Source of the DNA: Candidatus Caldarchaeum sp.
Lineage (GTDB): Archaea; Thermoproteota; Nitrososphaeria_A; Caldarchaeales; Caldarchaeaceae
Length of the DNA: 64,000 nucleotides
Assembly: GCA_038885755.1 (NCBI GenBank)
Contig: JAVZZH010000001.1
Coordinates: 519,413 to 583,412 of the forward strand
Direction: 5' to 3'
The notes under the pieces are model-generated. The model ran no database searches and was not told where the DNA came from. It saw only the letters and a program-made list of their open reading frames with translations. Below, piece after piece: positions 1 to 7,968 of the stretch (positions are counted from its first letter, which is position 1; every line of letters begins with the position of its first letter). The position numbers and the translations under genes are program-made.

Positions 1-817
1 TGTCGACCGTAGAGGTTTTGACGTCGGGGCTGGGCAGGAGCTTTTCGGGAGAGGACATGTTCTCAAGGCTTCTGACATAGCTTTGATGGCCTCGCTCGGG
101 CTGAGAGCTGTCAGAGTAGTTAGGAGGCCGAGAATGGGGATAATGGCTGTCGGAGACGAGCTCACAGACAGCTTCGACGAGGCCTCCTCGGGCAAGATAA
201 TGAACACGCACTCCTACGTGGTGAGCAAGCTTGCCGAAGCATCTGGAGCACACGTCGTAAACCTGGGAATCGTGCCGGACAACCCCGCAGCTATTCACGG
301 AAAAATAATCGAGCACTCGGGTAAGCTGGACATCCTAGTCTCGATAGCAGGATCCTCGATAAGCGAGAGAGACGTCTCATCCCTCACCGCCCGCAGTTTT
401 GAGGTCTTCGTCCATGGGTTGACGCTTCAGCCCGGAAGGGTCGGAGGCTTCGCCGTTGTCAACGATACGCCTTTTGTGATGCTTCCGGGATTGATAATGT
501 CCACGCTCAACGTCTTCATGTTCCTCGCCTACCCCTGTCTCAGAAAGCTTCAGGGACAGGAACCCCGGTTCTACCACCGCAGGGTTAATGCAAGGCTGAC
601 AGAGAAGGTCGGTTTCAGGAAGTTCATCGACTTCCTCAAGGTCGTCTGGGTTAAGCTGGAGGAGGTTGAAGACAGCCTCACATGCAGGCCTATCCTAGGC
701 GAGTCAAGCGGAATGAGCATACCTTCTAGGGCTGACGGCTTCATAACAGCTCCGCCCGGCGTCTCCAGCATACCTAAAGACGTGGACGTCATGGTTCACC
801 TACCTCCCAGCCTCTGA
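1..817 (+). CDS. moeA: Molybdopterin molybdotransferase MoeA, 5'-truncated at the window edge
   Basis: Frame stays open back to nt 2. Translation shows the MoeA molybdopterin-binding core (VGDEL, dimerisation-like G/D-rich segment) and the MoeA_C beta-barrel with a PGLIMS motif. Confidence 0.6.
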   Translation, partial: VDRRGFDVGAGQELFGRGHVLKASDIALMASLGLRAVRVVRRPRMGIMAVGDELTDSFDEASSGKIMNTHSYVVSKLAEASGAHVVNLGIVPDNPAAIHGKIIEHSGKLDILVSIAGSSISERDVSSLTARSFEVFVHGLTLQPGRVGGFAVVNDTPFVMLPGLIMSTLNVFMFLAYPCLRKLQGQEPRFYHRRVNARLTEKVGFRKFIDFLKVVWVKLEEVEDSLTCRPILGESSGMSIPSRADGFITAPPGVSSIPKDVDVMVHLPPSL

Positions 818-972
818 TGCTTGGGGTCGGCTTGGCTCTTCCTGCATCACGGCTCAGTCTGGGGCAGCAGCCTCATCCCCCACGGAGATATATTAGAGTC
901 ATCTAATATCTGTTGCATCGATGCCCAAAACCTTAAAACCAAGCGGCTCGGCTATTTCGAACCGTGATTGAA

Positions 973-1080
973 ATGAACGAATATCTATACAAGCATGCAG
1001 AGGAGGAAGAGTTCGAGGAAGAGTTCGAAGAAGAAGACTTCGAGGAGGAGGAATGGGAGGAAGAGGAAGAGGAGTTCTAG
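973..1080 (+). CDS. Hypothetical 35-aa extremely acidic peptide (MNEYLYKHAEEEEFEEEFEEEDFEEEEWEEEEEEF)
   Basis: ATG..TAG ORF in a 263-bp intergenic gap with strict GAR-codon periodicity. A TTAAAA-like element lies ~30 bp upstream. Absent from the ORF track because it is under 60 aa. Confidence 0.3.
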   Translation: MNEYLYKHAEEEEFEEEFEEEDFEEEEWEEEEEEF

Positions 1081-1359
1081 CTACTCGCCTGTTTCCTCTC
1101 CTTCCTTTTTATGAGTGTAGAGCACGATCGACGTAACCGCGCTCTTGACTCCTTGAATCGATAAAATCTTCTCCTTGAGGAAATCCCTGAAGCTGGCTAT
1201 GTCTCTGGCCACGACCAGAACAATGAGGTCGAACTCTCCCGTCACCTCGTAGACGTCGACCACCTCTGGAAGCTTGCTGATGTTCTTCGCAACCTTCTCT
1301 ATCAAGTTAGACTCGGCGAAGATGTGGATTATGGCCCTGACTCCCGGAGCCGACATCAC
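1081..1359 (-). CDS. Stand-alone RAM (Lrp/AsnC C-terminal ligand-binding) domain protein
   Basis: 92 aa with the typical RAM-domain pattern (VxVYxVTGEFDLIVLV...). Overlaps the downstream permease start by 4 nt. Confidence 0.65.
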   Translation of the reverse strand: MMSAPGVRAIIHIFAESNLIEKVAKNISKLPEVVDVYEVTGEFDLIVLVVARDIASFRDFLKEKILSIQGVKSAVTSIVLYTHKKEGEETGE

Positions 1360-3233
1360 TCACCAACCCTCTTCAGCGACAGAATCCTCCCCGGGTATCG
1401 GGTTATAAGGTTGTGTATGTTCTTCTCGTGGCCTTTCTCGAAGGTTGACTTTTCCGGCCGACGCTGTATGTAGGCGGCCATGTCGAAAATTCCCTCGTCA
1501 AGCATGGCTGAGACTGTTTTCTCGAACTCTCCCACCTCGACCAAGCATTCGGCGTTGTAGCCGCTGCGTCTAAGCTGTCTGCAGATGTTCTCCAACTCTT
1601 CCTCCACATCTTTCTTAACTTGCTCAACACCCATCTGGTCGCGCGTCAAGGTCTCAACTATGCTCACAAGCTTCAAGTCAAACCTCTTGTCGAAGGCGTG
1701 GACAACCGAGCTGAGAACGGTTTGGCTGTTCTCGTAAGGCCTGACGAGAACCCCGACTTTCATCCGGTAGGCTAGAGGCTCAACCATTCGTCCTTCAGTC
1801 GTGCTGACCACACCCGCCCCTATCTTCCTCCGGTAGGCGAGGTAGAACGTCAGCCCTGCAGCCATCCAGAGAAAAGCCAGAACCCTGCCTGTGGCGTGGA
1901 AAACAACCATCAGAACAAACACAACAGTCAACCCGACCATTCCAAACAAGCCTATCAGGGGGACGACAACTCTTCCACACCTTATGCATAATGGCTGGCT
2001 CCAAGGAAAGTAGACGTGTTTGTCGACGTTCTTGAGCTTGATGAAGGTCGGCGCTATTATCAAGTAGCTGAGGACTGCTGCGAAGGCGTAGACGCTCGCC
2101 AGAAACGGAACGTCGCCGAGAATCGATAGGACAACGCCGACGGCTCCGAAGATTACGATGGAGCGGACTGGTGTCCTGAACCTTGGATGTATCGCCCTCA
2201 GCCACGACGGTAGAAGGTTGAACTTAGCCATGCTCGCAGTAAGCCTAGAAACACCTACGACCCCCGTGTTTGAGCTCGAGTAGCAGAGGACGAATGCAGC
2301 CACGCCCACCAGAGGAGTGAGGATATGAGCAACGTACGGAAAACCGCTCACCAAGACGTAGACGGGGCTTTCATACGACTCGGCCAGCATTGTCCATTCC
2401 ATCGAGCCTACAGCCAGAACGGGGAAAAGAACAGCCGACAACACGACCACCAGCACGACAAGCTTGGTCGCCTTCGGTATGGAGAAATGCGGCCTCCTCG
2501 TCTCCTCAGCCGCCTGAGCAATCGACTCTATCCCCACGAAAGAGGCCATGGCTAGAGTTATGGAGTACAGGAAGTTGTTCATCTCGACAGATAGAGCTGG
2601 GTAGTAGGCGACGTCTCGATGAAGCATCGGCGACCCTATGACGAAAAGCTGGCGTAGCAGCAGCTGGGCGTCGAACTTGAGTAGAAAACCAGTAGACAGT
2701 ATGAGGGCTTCTATGAAGAGCCCTAGGAAGACAAGGGCTGTCACCATCAGCGACGAGTACTTTATGCCGATGATGTTCAGCACCACGAGCAGAGATGCGA
2801 GAAGCCCGGCCAACAACCCTAGGGAGGGGATTTGAAGACCCAGAACACCGATCTCCGGGGTATGGAGAGCCGGGATAAGTTGACGGAGGTAGCCCGCAGC
2901 AGCCACGGAGAAAAGGGAGATGCAGAGGACGTAGGCTAGTAGCATCGCCCAGCCTGACAGGAAGCCTACGAAGCTGTTGAAAGCCCGCATGGAGTAGACA
3001 TGCACTCCTCCGGAGTAGGGATATGCTGGGGCTAACTCGGCGTATATCAGCCCGACGGCTGAGTAGAGGAGGGCCGCGACGGCGAAGGATAGTGGAGAGG
3101 CTCCTCCGGCGAAGAGGGTGATGGCGCCGAGGGCTATGAAGATGTTGGGGCCGACGTCGCCGTAGCCAAGTGCGAAGGACCCAAGCCATCCCACCTCCCT
3201 TTTGTACCCAAGCTCACGACGGCCACGGCTCAA
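1356..3233 (-). CDS. APC-family amino acid permease with a C-terminal UspA-like domain
   Basis: 12-TM APC-like N-terminal region (GSGxF-type motifs, AYxELA-like segment) plus a ~140-aa soluble C-terminal Usp-like domain. Confidence 0.7.
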   Translation of the reverse strand: MSRGRRELGYKREVGWLGSFALGYGDVGPNIFIALGAITLFAGGASPLSFAVAALLYSAVGLIYAELAPAYPYSGGVHVYSMRAFNSFVGFLSGWAMLLAYVLCISLFSVAAAGYLRQLIPALHTPEIGVLGLQIPSLGLLAGLLASLLVVLNIIGIKYSSLMVTALVFLGLFIEALILSTGFLLKFDAQLLLRQLFVIGSPMLHRDVAYYPALSVEMNNFLYSITLAMASFVGIESIAQAAEETRRPHFSIPKATKLVVLVVVLSAVLFPVLAVGSMEWTMLAESYESPVYVLVSGFPYVAHILTPLVGVAAFVLCYSSSNTGVVGVSRLTASMAKFNLLPSWLRAIHPRFRTPVRSIVIFGAVGVVLSILGDVPFLASVYAFAAVLSYLIIAPTFIKLKNVDKHVYFPWSQPLCIRCGRVVVPLIGLFGMVGLTVVFVLMVVFHATGRVLAFLWMAAGLTFYLAYRRKIGAGVVSTTEGRMVEPLAYRMKVGVLVRPYENSQTVLSSVVHAFDKRFDLKLVSIVETLTRDQMGVEQVKKDVEEELENICRQLRRSGYNAECLVEVGEFEKTVSAMLDEGIFDMAAYIQRRPEKSTFEKGHEKNIHNLITRYPGRILSLKRVGE

Positions 3234-3255
3234 GCGAGCAACACTTTCAAGCCGC

Positions 3256-3801
3256 TCAACTATGCAGCCTCAATATAAAACAGTACAGCGTTTCGAAGAA
3301 AAGACTATATTCCACCCTCTTCACGAGCCTGAACCCCAACCCCTCAGCATAGTTCAGCAGCTTGTCGACGCCCGACAGGCTCGACGCCACCAAAACAGCT
3401 GTACCGCCAGCCTTCAGACAAACCCTAGCAGCTTTCAAGACCTCTGCGGCCGTCTCCCAGCCCTCGCTTCCTCCATGGACAGCTGGGTCGTGGAACTCCG
3501 GATCTTCGGGCAGGTAGGGAGGGTTGGCTACGACGACGTCGAAGGCGTTGGGGCGAAAGGGCAGGATGCTTGCGTTGACGACGTGTACGCGTCCCTTGAC
3601 GTTCTCCAGCCTTTCGACAACCTGCTTCAGGGCCACGTAGTTGACATCGGTGCCGACGGCTTCGAACCCTTCCTCAGCCAGCACCCTGAGGATGTAGCCC
3701 GTCGAGCAGCCGACCTCCGCCGCCAGCCCTCCCCCACCCAAACCTCTCACAACGTCCTCCAGCAGAAAGCTGTCCTCAGCCGGCTCGTAGGGCTCGTTCA
3801 T
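3256..3801 (-). CDS. HemK/Mtq2-like protein (glutamine-N5) methyltransferase
   Basis: Short class I SAM methyltransferase with the NPPY motif (VVANPPYLP). Start chosen at MNEPYEP; ATGA overlap with the aspS stop. Confidence 0.6.
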   Translation of the reverse strand: MNEPYEPAEDSFLLEDVVRGLGGGGLAAEVGCSTGYILRVLAEEGFEAVGTDVNYVALKQVVERLENVKGRVHVVNASILPFRPNAFDVVVANPPYLPEDPEFHDPAVHGGSEGWETAAEVLKAARVCLKAGGTAVLVASSLSGVDKLLNYAEGLGFRLVKRVEYSLFFETLYCFILRLHS

Positions 3802-5087
3802 GGATAGACTCTCGTTGGCGTCCGGGGAAACATCGCGGCAGACCTGATGTTCTTGAGCCCCAGAAGCCACTGGACAAGCCTCTCCAACCCAAGGCCAAAC
3901 CCGCTGTGCGGCACGCTCCCATACTTCCTCAAATCTAGGTACCAAGAGTAGTCGGACGCGTCAAGCCCCTCCTCCTCAATCCTCGACAGCAGCTCGTCGT
4001 AATCATGGATACGCTGGCCGCCGCCCACGACCTCGCCGTAGCCAGACGGGGCGAGGAGGTCGGCTGAAAGGGTGAGCTCCTTGTTAGACGGGTCGGGCTT
4101 GTGGTAGAAAGCCTTCGCCTTCTTGGGAAAGTGGGTGAGGAAGAATGGTTTTTCGAACTCCATCGTAAGAACCCTCTCCTCGTCAGCCCCCAAATCTGAC
4201 CCCCACGGAACCGAAACACCCTTCCTCTCCAGAAGGTCGAGGGCCTCTGAATACTTGACCCTTTCGAAAGGAGGCTCCAGCATCGAGTAGTCGACCTTCC
4301 TGTCGAGAATCCTGAGCTCGTTGACAGAGTCTTGGAGAGCCGCTGTAGAGGCTTCCGAGACAAGCCGCTCAACAACCCTAGTGAGGTCTTCAATCCCCGA
4401 GAAAGCCATCTCACCCTCGACGTGCCAGAACTCCGTTAAGTGCCGGCGGGTCTTGCTCCTCTCAGCCCTAAAGCTGGGCTGGACGCTGTAGACCTTCTCC
4501 AGCGCGTATATAGCCGCCTCCTGGTAGAACTGGACGCTCTGAGTTAGGTAGACGGGCTTGCCGAAGTAGTCGACTTGGAAAAGCGTCGCCCCGCCCTCGA
4601 CGGCGGCCGTTATAAAGGTCGGGCAGTGGACTTCGACGAAGCCCTCCCTCTCGAACCAGCTTCTCAAGTGGTGTACGAGCTTGGACCGGAAACGTAGGAC
4701 GGCTGCTGTCTTCGGCCCTCTTATTGCGAGATGCCTGTTCTGGCTCACGACTCTGGGGCCTACTCCTTTCTTAAGCGGGTACTCTCCGATAGACGGCGAA
4801 ATGACCTCGACGCTTGTGCAGCTTATTTCAACCCCGCCCGGAGCCCTCGGGTCGTGTCTGACGGTTCCGCGAACCTTTAAAGCCGACTCCCTGCCCGCCG
4901 CCGCAACCCTGCTGAAGGTCTCTTCGGAGACGTTTGGTGTCCTTACCGTGGCCTGAACCAACCCCGTCGAGTCGCGGAGGTCTATGAAGATCAGCCTTCC
5001 GTGCAGCCTCTTAGACCTAAGCCATCCGAGAAGCTCGACAGACGTCCCGTCAGCTAGCTTGCCAACCTCAGCCGATTGAACCCTCAT
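3798..5087 (-). CDS. aspS: Aspartyl-tRNA synthetase, archaeal type
   Basis: N-terminal OB fold and class II motifs (FRAE..., GGGQRIHD, GFGLGLERLV). Confidence 0.9.
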   Translation of the reverse strand: MRVQSAEVGKLADGTSVELLGWLRSKRLHGRLIFIDLRDSTGLVQATVRTPNVSEETFSRVAAAGRESALKVRGTVRHDPRAPGGVEISCTSVEVISPSIGEYPLKKGVGPRVVSQNRHLAIRGPKTAAVLRFRSKLVHHLRSWFEREGFVEVHCPTFITAAVEGGATLFQVDYFGKPVYLTQSVQFYQEAAIYALEKVYSVQPSFRAERSKTRRHLTEFWHVEGEMAFSGIEDLTRVVERLVSEASTAALQDSVNELRILDRKVDYSMLEPPFERVKYSEALDLLERKGVSVPWGSDLGADEERVLTMEFEKPFFLTHFPKKAKAFYHKPDPSNKELTLSADLLAPSGYGEVVGGGQRIHDYDELLSRIEEEGLDASDYSWYLDLRKYGSVPHSGFGLGLERLVQWLLGLKNIRSAAMFPRTPTRVYP

Positions 5088-5121
5088 CCAGCCTAATAGC
5101 CGAACACCGGCATATATAGAG

Positions 5122-5457
5122 CTACATCACGGCGGTTCCTTCCCTGACGTCCCTCTCAGGAACCAGTGGAACTACTTTGTCTTCGTCCTCGACGGCTGTC
5201 AGGAGCATGGCTTCCGACACCTCCCCCCTTATCTTCCTAGACTCTAGGTTTGTTGCGAAGGCGAACAACCTGCCTTCAAAGTGCTGGGGCGGGTAGAGCT
5301 TAGCCAAGCCCGTGATAACCCGTTTACGTGTGTCGCCGAAGTCGACTTCAAGCCTGAGGAGCTTGTCGGAGTTGGGAACTCTTTCAGCCTTGACGACTCT
5401 CCCGACTCTCATCTCAATTCTCTTGAACTCGGCCATCGATATCATGGCCGAAAACAC
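5122..5457 (-). CDS. tRNA-binding (Trbp111/CsaA-like, Myf domain) protein
   Basis: RVGRVVKAERVPNSDKLLRLEVDFGD is the typical EMAP/Myf OB-fold signature. Confidence 0.75.
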   Translation of the reverse strand: MFSAMISMAEFKRIEMRVGRVVKAERVPNSDKLLRLEVDFGDTRKRVITGLAKLYPPQHFEGRLFAFATNLESRKIRGEVSEAMLLTAVEDEDKVVPLVPERDVREGTAVM

Positions 5458-5509
5458 ACAGTTTCCTCTAAAAAAAGTTATGCACGCGGTTTTTCTGCAA
5501 TTTTTTCAG

Positions 5510-5524
5510 AAAGTTTTTTATCCC
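5510..5524 (+). promoter_or_regulatory. AT-rich BRE/TATA-like element (AAGTTTTTTATCC) ~30 bp upstream of the small basic ORF
   Basis: Strongly AT-rich island in a GC-rich genome, positioned at canonical archaeal TATA spacing. Confidence 0.45.
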
Positions 5525-5551
5525 TCGAAACCATCACTATTGTGAAGGAAT

Positions 5552-5665
5552 ATGGCGAGGAAGGCGAAGAAAGCAGGGAAGAAGAAGACCGCTAAGAAGG
5601 CTAAGAGGGCTAAGAAGCCAGCCGCGCCCAGCCCTGCTGAAGCACCGCCGGCTTCACCGGGATAA
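5552..5665 (+). CDS. Hypothetical 37-aa lysine-rich basic protein (MARKAKKAGKKKTAKKAKRAKKPAAPSPAEAPPASPG)
   Basis: ATG..TAA ORF in a 233-bp intergenic region, bracketed by a TATA-like element upstream and an oligo-T tract downstream. Confidence 0.4.
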   Translation: MARKAKKAGKKKTAKKAKRAKKPAAPSPAEAPPASPG

Positions 5666-5682
5666 GCCCTTAATCCAATCCT

Positions 5683-5695
5683 CTTTCTTTTTATT
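5683..5695 (+). terminator. Oligo-T tract (CTTTCTTTTTATT), archaeal-type terminator after the small basic ORF
   Basis: The T-run lies on the + strand 18 nt after the stop. On the minus strand it would read A-rich, so it cannot serve the convergent gene. Confidence 0.4.
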
Positions 5696-6260
5696 CCTCC
5701 TCAACCCATTCCCAGAACCTTCTCCTAGGCTGCGGGGGAGCTGGCCTGGGTGTTATAAGCTCCTTGACCCCGGCCGTCGCTAGGGAGGAGGCTGCGGGCG
5801 TTAGGAAGATTAGGACGAAGTCGAGAGGGCCTTCGAGGAGGATGGTGGACGAGACCCATGACAGGTAGTGCGCCCAGTTCACCGCCCCGGGCAGGCGTGG
5901 CAGGACATAGATCGACAGCCCTATGAGAGCTAGGTAGACCAGCGACGACGTTATAAGGGCTGGCGGGATGGATGTTTTGGCCCTCCTTGAAAGCAGGCCC
6001 ATCACCACGCCCGCAGCCACCCACGACAGGAGCGGGGCCGGGCCAAGCCTCACCACGTTCCCGCTGGGAGCCAGGGTCGACTCCAAGCCGAGGGCTGAGG
6101 AAAGGGGTGTTAGGAGGGTTGAAACGCTTGACAGCACGACCGCCAGCACCGACACTTGGAAGCTTGACGGCGGGATTGTCTGACCGGCTAGGCTCGATAA
6201 TACGAGGCCGGCCAGCACCAGCGTAGACAAGCCTGCTGCAGAGGCTGTTAGGGTGTTCAC
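5691..6260 (-). CDS. Hypothetical polytopic membrane protein
   Basis: Ala/Leu/Ser-rich hydrophobic segments; no recognisable catalytic motif. Confidence 0.4.
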   Translation of the reverse strand: MNTLTASAAGLSTLVLAGLVLSSLAGQTIPPSSFQVSVLAVVLSSVSTLLTPLSSALGLESTLAPSGNVVRLGPAPLLSWVAAGVVMGLLSRRAKTSIPPALITSSLVYLALIGLSIYVLPRLPGAVNWAHYLSWVSSTILLEGPLDFVLIFLTPAASSLATAGVKELITPRPAPPQPRRRFWEWVEEE

Positions 6261-6353
6261 AGCCGTCGTCCTTCGATGTCTTCTAAAAAGGTTTCCACGC
6301 TATTCGGGAGCCGTAGTTCCGCGGATAATACCCGTGTGTTGCGTGGTTTATAT

Positions 6354-6782
6354 TTATTCGACCCTTACCTTCACACCCCTGGGCGTTGCGATGGATGCTT
6401 TGACGAGAAGCACTCCCGCCTCGTAGCGGGCCTCTACCTTCGAGGGGTCGACGGGTCTGGGAAGTTTTACGACTCGGCGGAAACCTCTGCCGTGCGTGAA
6501 GGGGTAGAGTTTCGAGAAGGCTGGTGGAGGGGTCATGTATTCGCCGACGATGGTGATAGTCGAGTCGTCGACGCTGATGTCTATCTTCTGTTTGTCGCAG
6601 CCCGGCATCTCGACGGCGACATACAGTTCTTGCCCTGAGACGGTGTAGTCGATTTTCGGGGTCCTGTAGTCCCCGACCAGTGATTCGAATAAGCTTGTGG
6701 ATGATTCGAAAGCCTCCCTCATTCTGTCCTCAATATCCTTGGCCAGCCGGCGGAAGAATTCATCCCAGCCGGAGTCGCTCAT
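6354..6782 (-). CDS. hsp20: Small heat-shock protein, Hsp20/alpha-crystallin family
   Basis: Alpha-crystallin domain pattern (DVxETDDEYVVxAELPGVxKEDI-like, ...RxxxLPxxVD...). Strong TATA (TTTTATTTTTATA, read on the minus strand) upstream. Confidence 0.8.
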   Translation of the reverse strand: MSDSGWDEFFRRLAKDIEDRMREAFESSTSLFESLVGDYRTPKIDYTVSGQELYVAVEMPGCDKQKIDISVDDSTITIVGEYMTPPPAFSKLYPFTHGRGFRRVVKLPRPVDPSKVEARYEAGVLLVKASIATPRGVKVRVE

Positions 6783-6807
6783 GGACGTAGCTATGTATAG
6801 CAACATA

Positions 6808-6822
6808 TAAAAATAAAACCCG
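6808..6822. promoter_or_regulatory. Bidirectional AT-rich TATA region between hsp20 (-) and the AN1-M50 protease gene (+)
   Basis: ATATAAAAATAAAAC sits in the divergent intergenic region. Confidence 0.45.
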
Positions 6823-6832
6823 CCTCACCAAG

Positions 6833-7588
6833 GTGTTGACTCGTTGCCACGTCTGCGGGGCGGAGGAGCTTCTGCCGTTTCGCTGCAGCTACTGCTCGGG
6901 ATTGTTCTGCCCAGAGCACCGCCTACCGGAGAAGCATGGATGCGGGGGAGTAAGGCTGGCGAGGAACCCTGCGGAGCTTACCGTAAGGAGTTACGAGGCA
7001 TCTCGGATGGTAAGTGATAGAGGCTATCGAGCCTCACCTTATAACGAGCTGTTCAGCATGTTTGTGGCCTGTTCAACGGTCTGCCTGTCGGGCCTCAGCC
7101 TCCTCGGATGGCCGCCGCTTCAGTCTCCTCCGATGCTGCTCCTAGTATTCGGATTCGCTGCCTCCTTCATAGGACACGAGCTGGCCCACAAAATCACAGC
7201 AGTTCGGAGAGGTCTTTCGGCCTCTTTCAAGCTCTTCATGCCCGGCTTGTTCGCCACGCTGCTCACGGCCATCCTGCCCGTTCCGTTCAAGGTAATAATG
7301 CCCGGAGCCGTAGTCGTAGCCGGTCGCCAGACCTTCCATGACTTGGGCTTGATCGCTTTGGCAGGCCCGGCTTTCAACATGGCCTCGGCTGCGGCGTTCA
7401 TAGTTCTGTCGAGGGTTCTGGGGTCGTGGCTGCTCGACGTCTTGGCCGCCGTCAACAGCTTCATGGCTTTCTTCAACCTGTTTCCGATCTATCCGCTGGA
7501 CGGTGAGAAGGTGTTGAGATGGAGCCGTGTGCTTTGGGCCGTGTGTTTCTCCCTGTCAACGGCGTTGTTTCTGCTGATGAGGCTGTGA
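6833..7588 (+). CDS. M50-family (site-2-protease-like) intramembrane metalloprotease with an N-terminal AN1-type zinc finger
   Basis: N-terminus has a perfect AN1 pattern (C-x2-C-x9-C-x2-C-x4-C-x2-H-x5-H-x-C). The TM region carries HELAH (HExxH) and NLFPIYPLDG (M50 LDG zinc-ligand motif). Confidence 0.6.
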   Translation: MLTRCHVCGAEELLPFRCSYCSGLFCPEHRLPEKHGCGGVRLARNPAELTVRSYEASRMVSDRGYRASPYNELFSMFVACSTVCLSGLSLLGWPPLQSPPMLLLVFGFAASFIGHELAHKITAVRRGLSASFKLFMPGLFATLLTAILPVPFKVIMPGAVVVAGRQTFHDLGLIALAGPAFNMASAAAFIVLSRVLGSWLLDVLAAVNSFMAFFNLFPIYPLDGEKVLRWSRVLWAVCFSLSTALFLLMRL

Positions 7589-7606
7589 TCGCCACGCCGC
7601 CCGGAA

Positions 7607-7621
7607 ACTTATATCTTACCA
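7607..7621 (+). promoter_or_regulatory. TATA-like box (AACTTATATCTTACC) ~25-35 bp upstream of the ORF starting at 7645
   Basis: Canonical spacing for a leaderless archaeal transcript. Confidence 0.4.
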
Positions 7622-7644
7622 TTGGTTTTTCCAACACGACTGTG

Positions 7645-7968
7645 ATGAAGGCGAAACAAGCTCCTAAAACCCGCTCCGAGAGGACGAGGATTTATAAGTA
7701 TCGGGTCACGGTGCTGGAGGAGCCTCCCGAGACTCTTGACGGGTTCAAGATCTTCGGGCTTGAGGTGAAGCTGGGGAAAGGGAGGCACGTCGACTTCGCT
7801 CCCAACCTTCGGGTGCTTGACGTGGAGGCCACTCAGGAGCCTCTGCCCATGGACGTGGAGGTCAACGCAAAATACCACAAGGTTGAGAACAAGACGGTTA
7901 TAGTCAAGAGGCGTTCGCTTCTCTTCTCTATCGAGAAAGTTGAGAACACTACTTCCCAGCTTCTCTGA
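7645..7968 (+). CDS. Hypothetical protein (~107 aa)
   Basis: Start taken at MKAKQAPK, because the longer ORF-track start would overlap the protease gene. No family recognised. Confidence 0.35.
   Translation: MKAKQAPKTRSERTRIYKYRVTVLEEPPETLDGFKIFGLEVKLGKGRHVDFAPNLRVLDVEATQEPLPMDVEVNAKYHKVENKTVIVKRRSLLFSIEKVENTTSQLL

Noticed and set aside
2506-3189. 227-aa Arg/Pro/Ser-rich minus-strand ORF, and similar long ORFs (e.g. 3202..3807+, 3935..4414-, 12886..13395-, 32843..33466-, 33159..33596-, 35727..36083-, 40370..40714-, 43545..44054+, 48315..48935+, 50474..51184+)
   Set aside because: All lie inside or antisense to well-supported genes and have low-complexity RPSA-rich composition. They are expected stop-codon-poor frames in ~58% GC DNA.
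7519-7644. Extended N-terminus (MEPCALGRV...) for the hypothetical protein
   Set aside because: It would overlap the 3' end of the M50 protease gene by 70 nt in the same orientation. A TATA-like box at 7607-7621 supports the downstream start at 7645.
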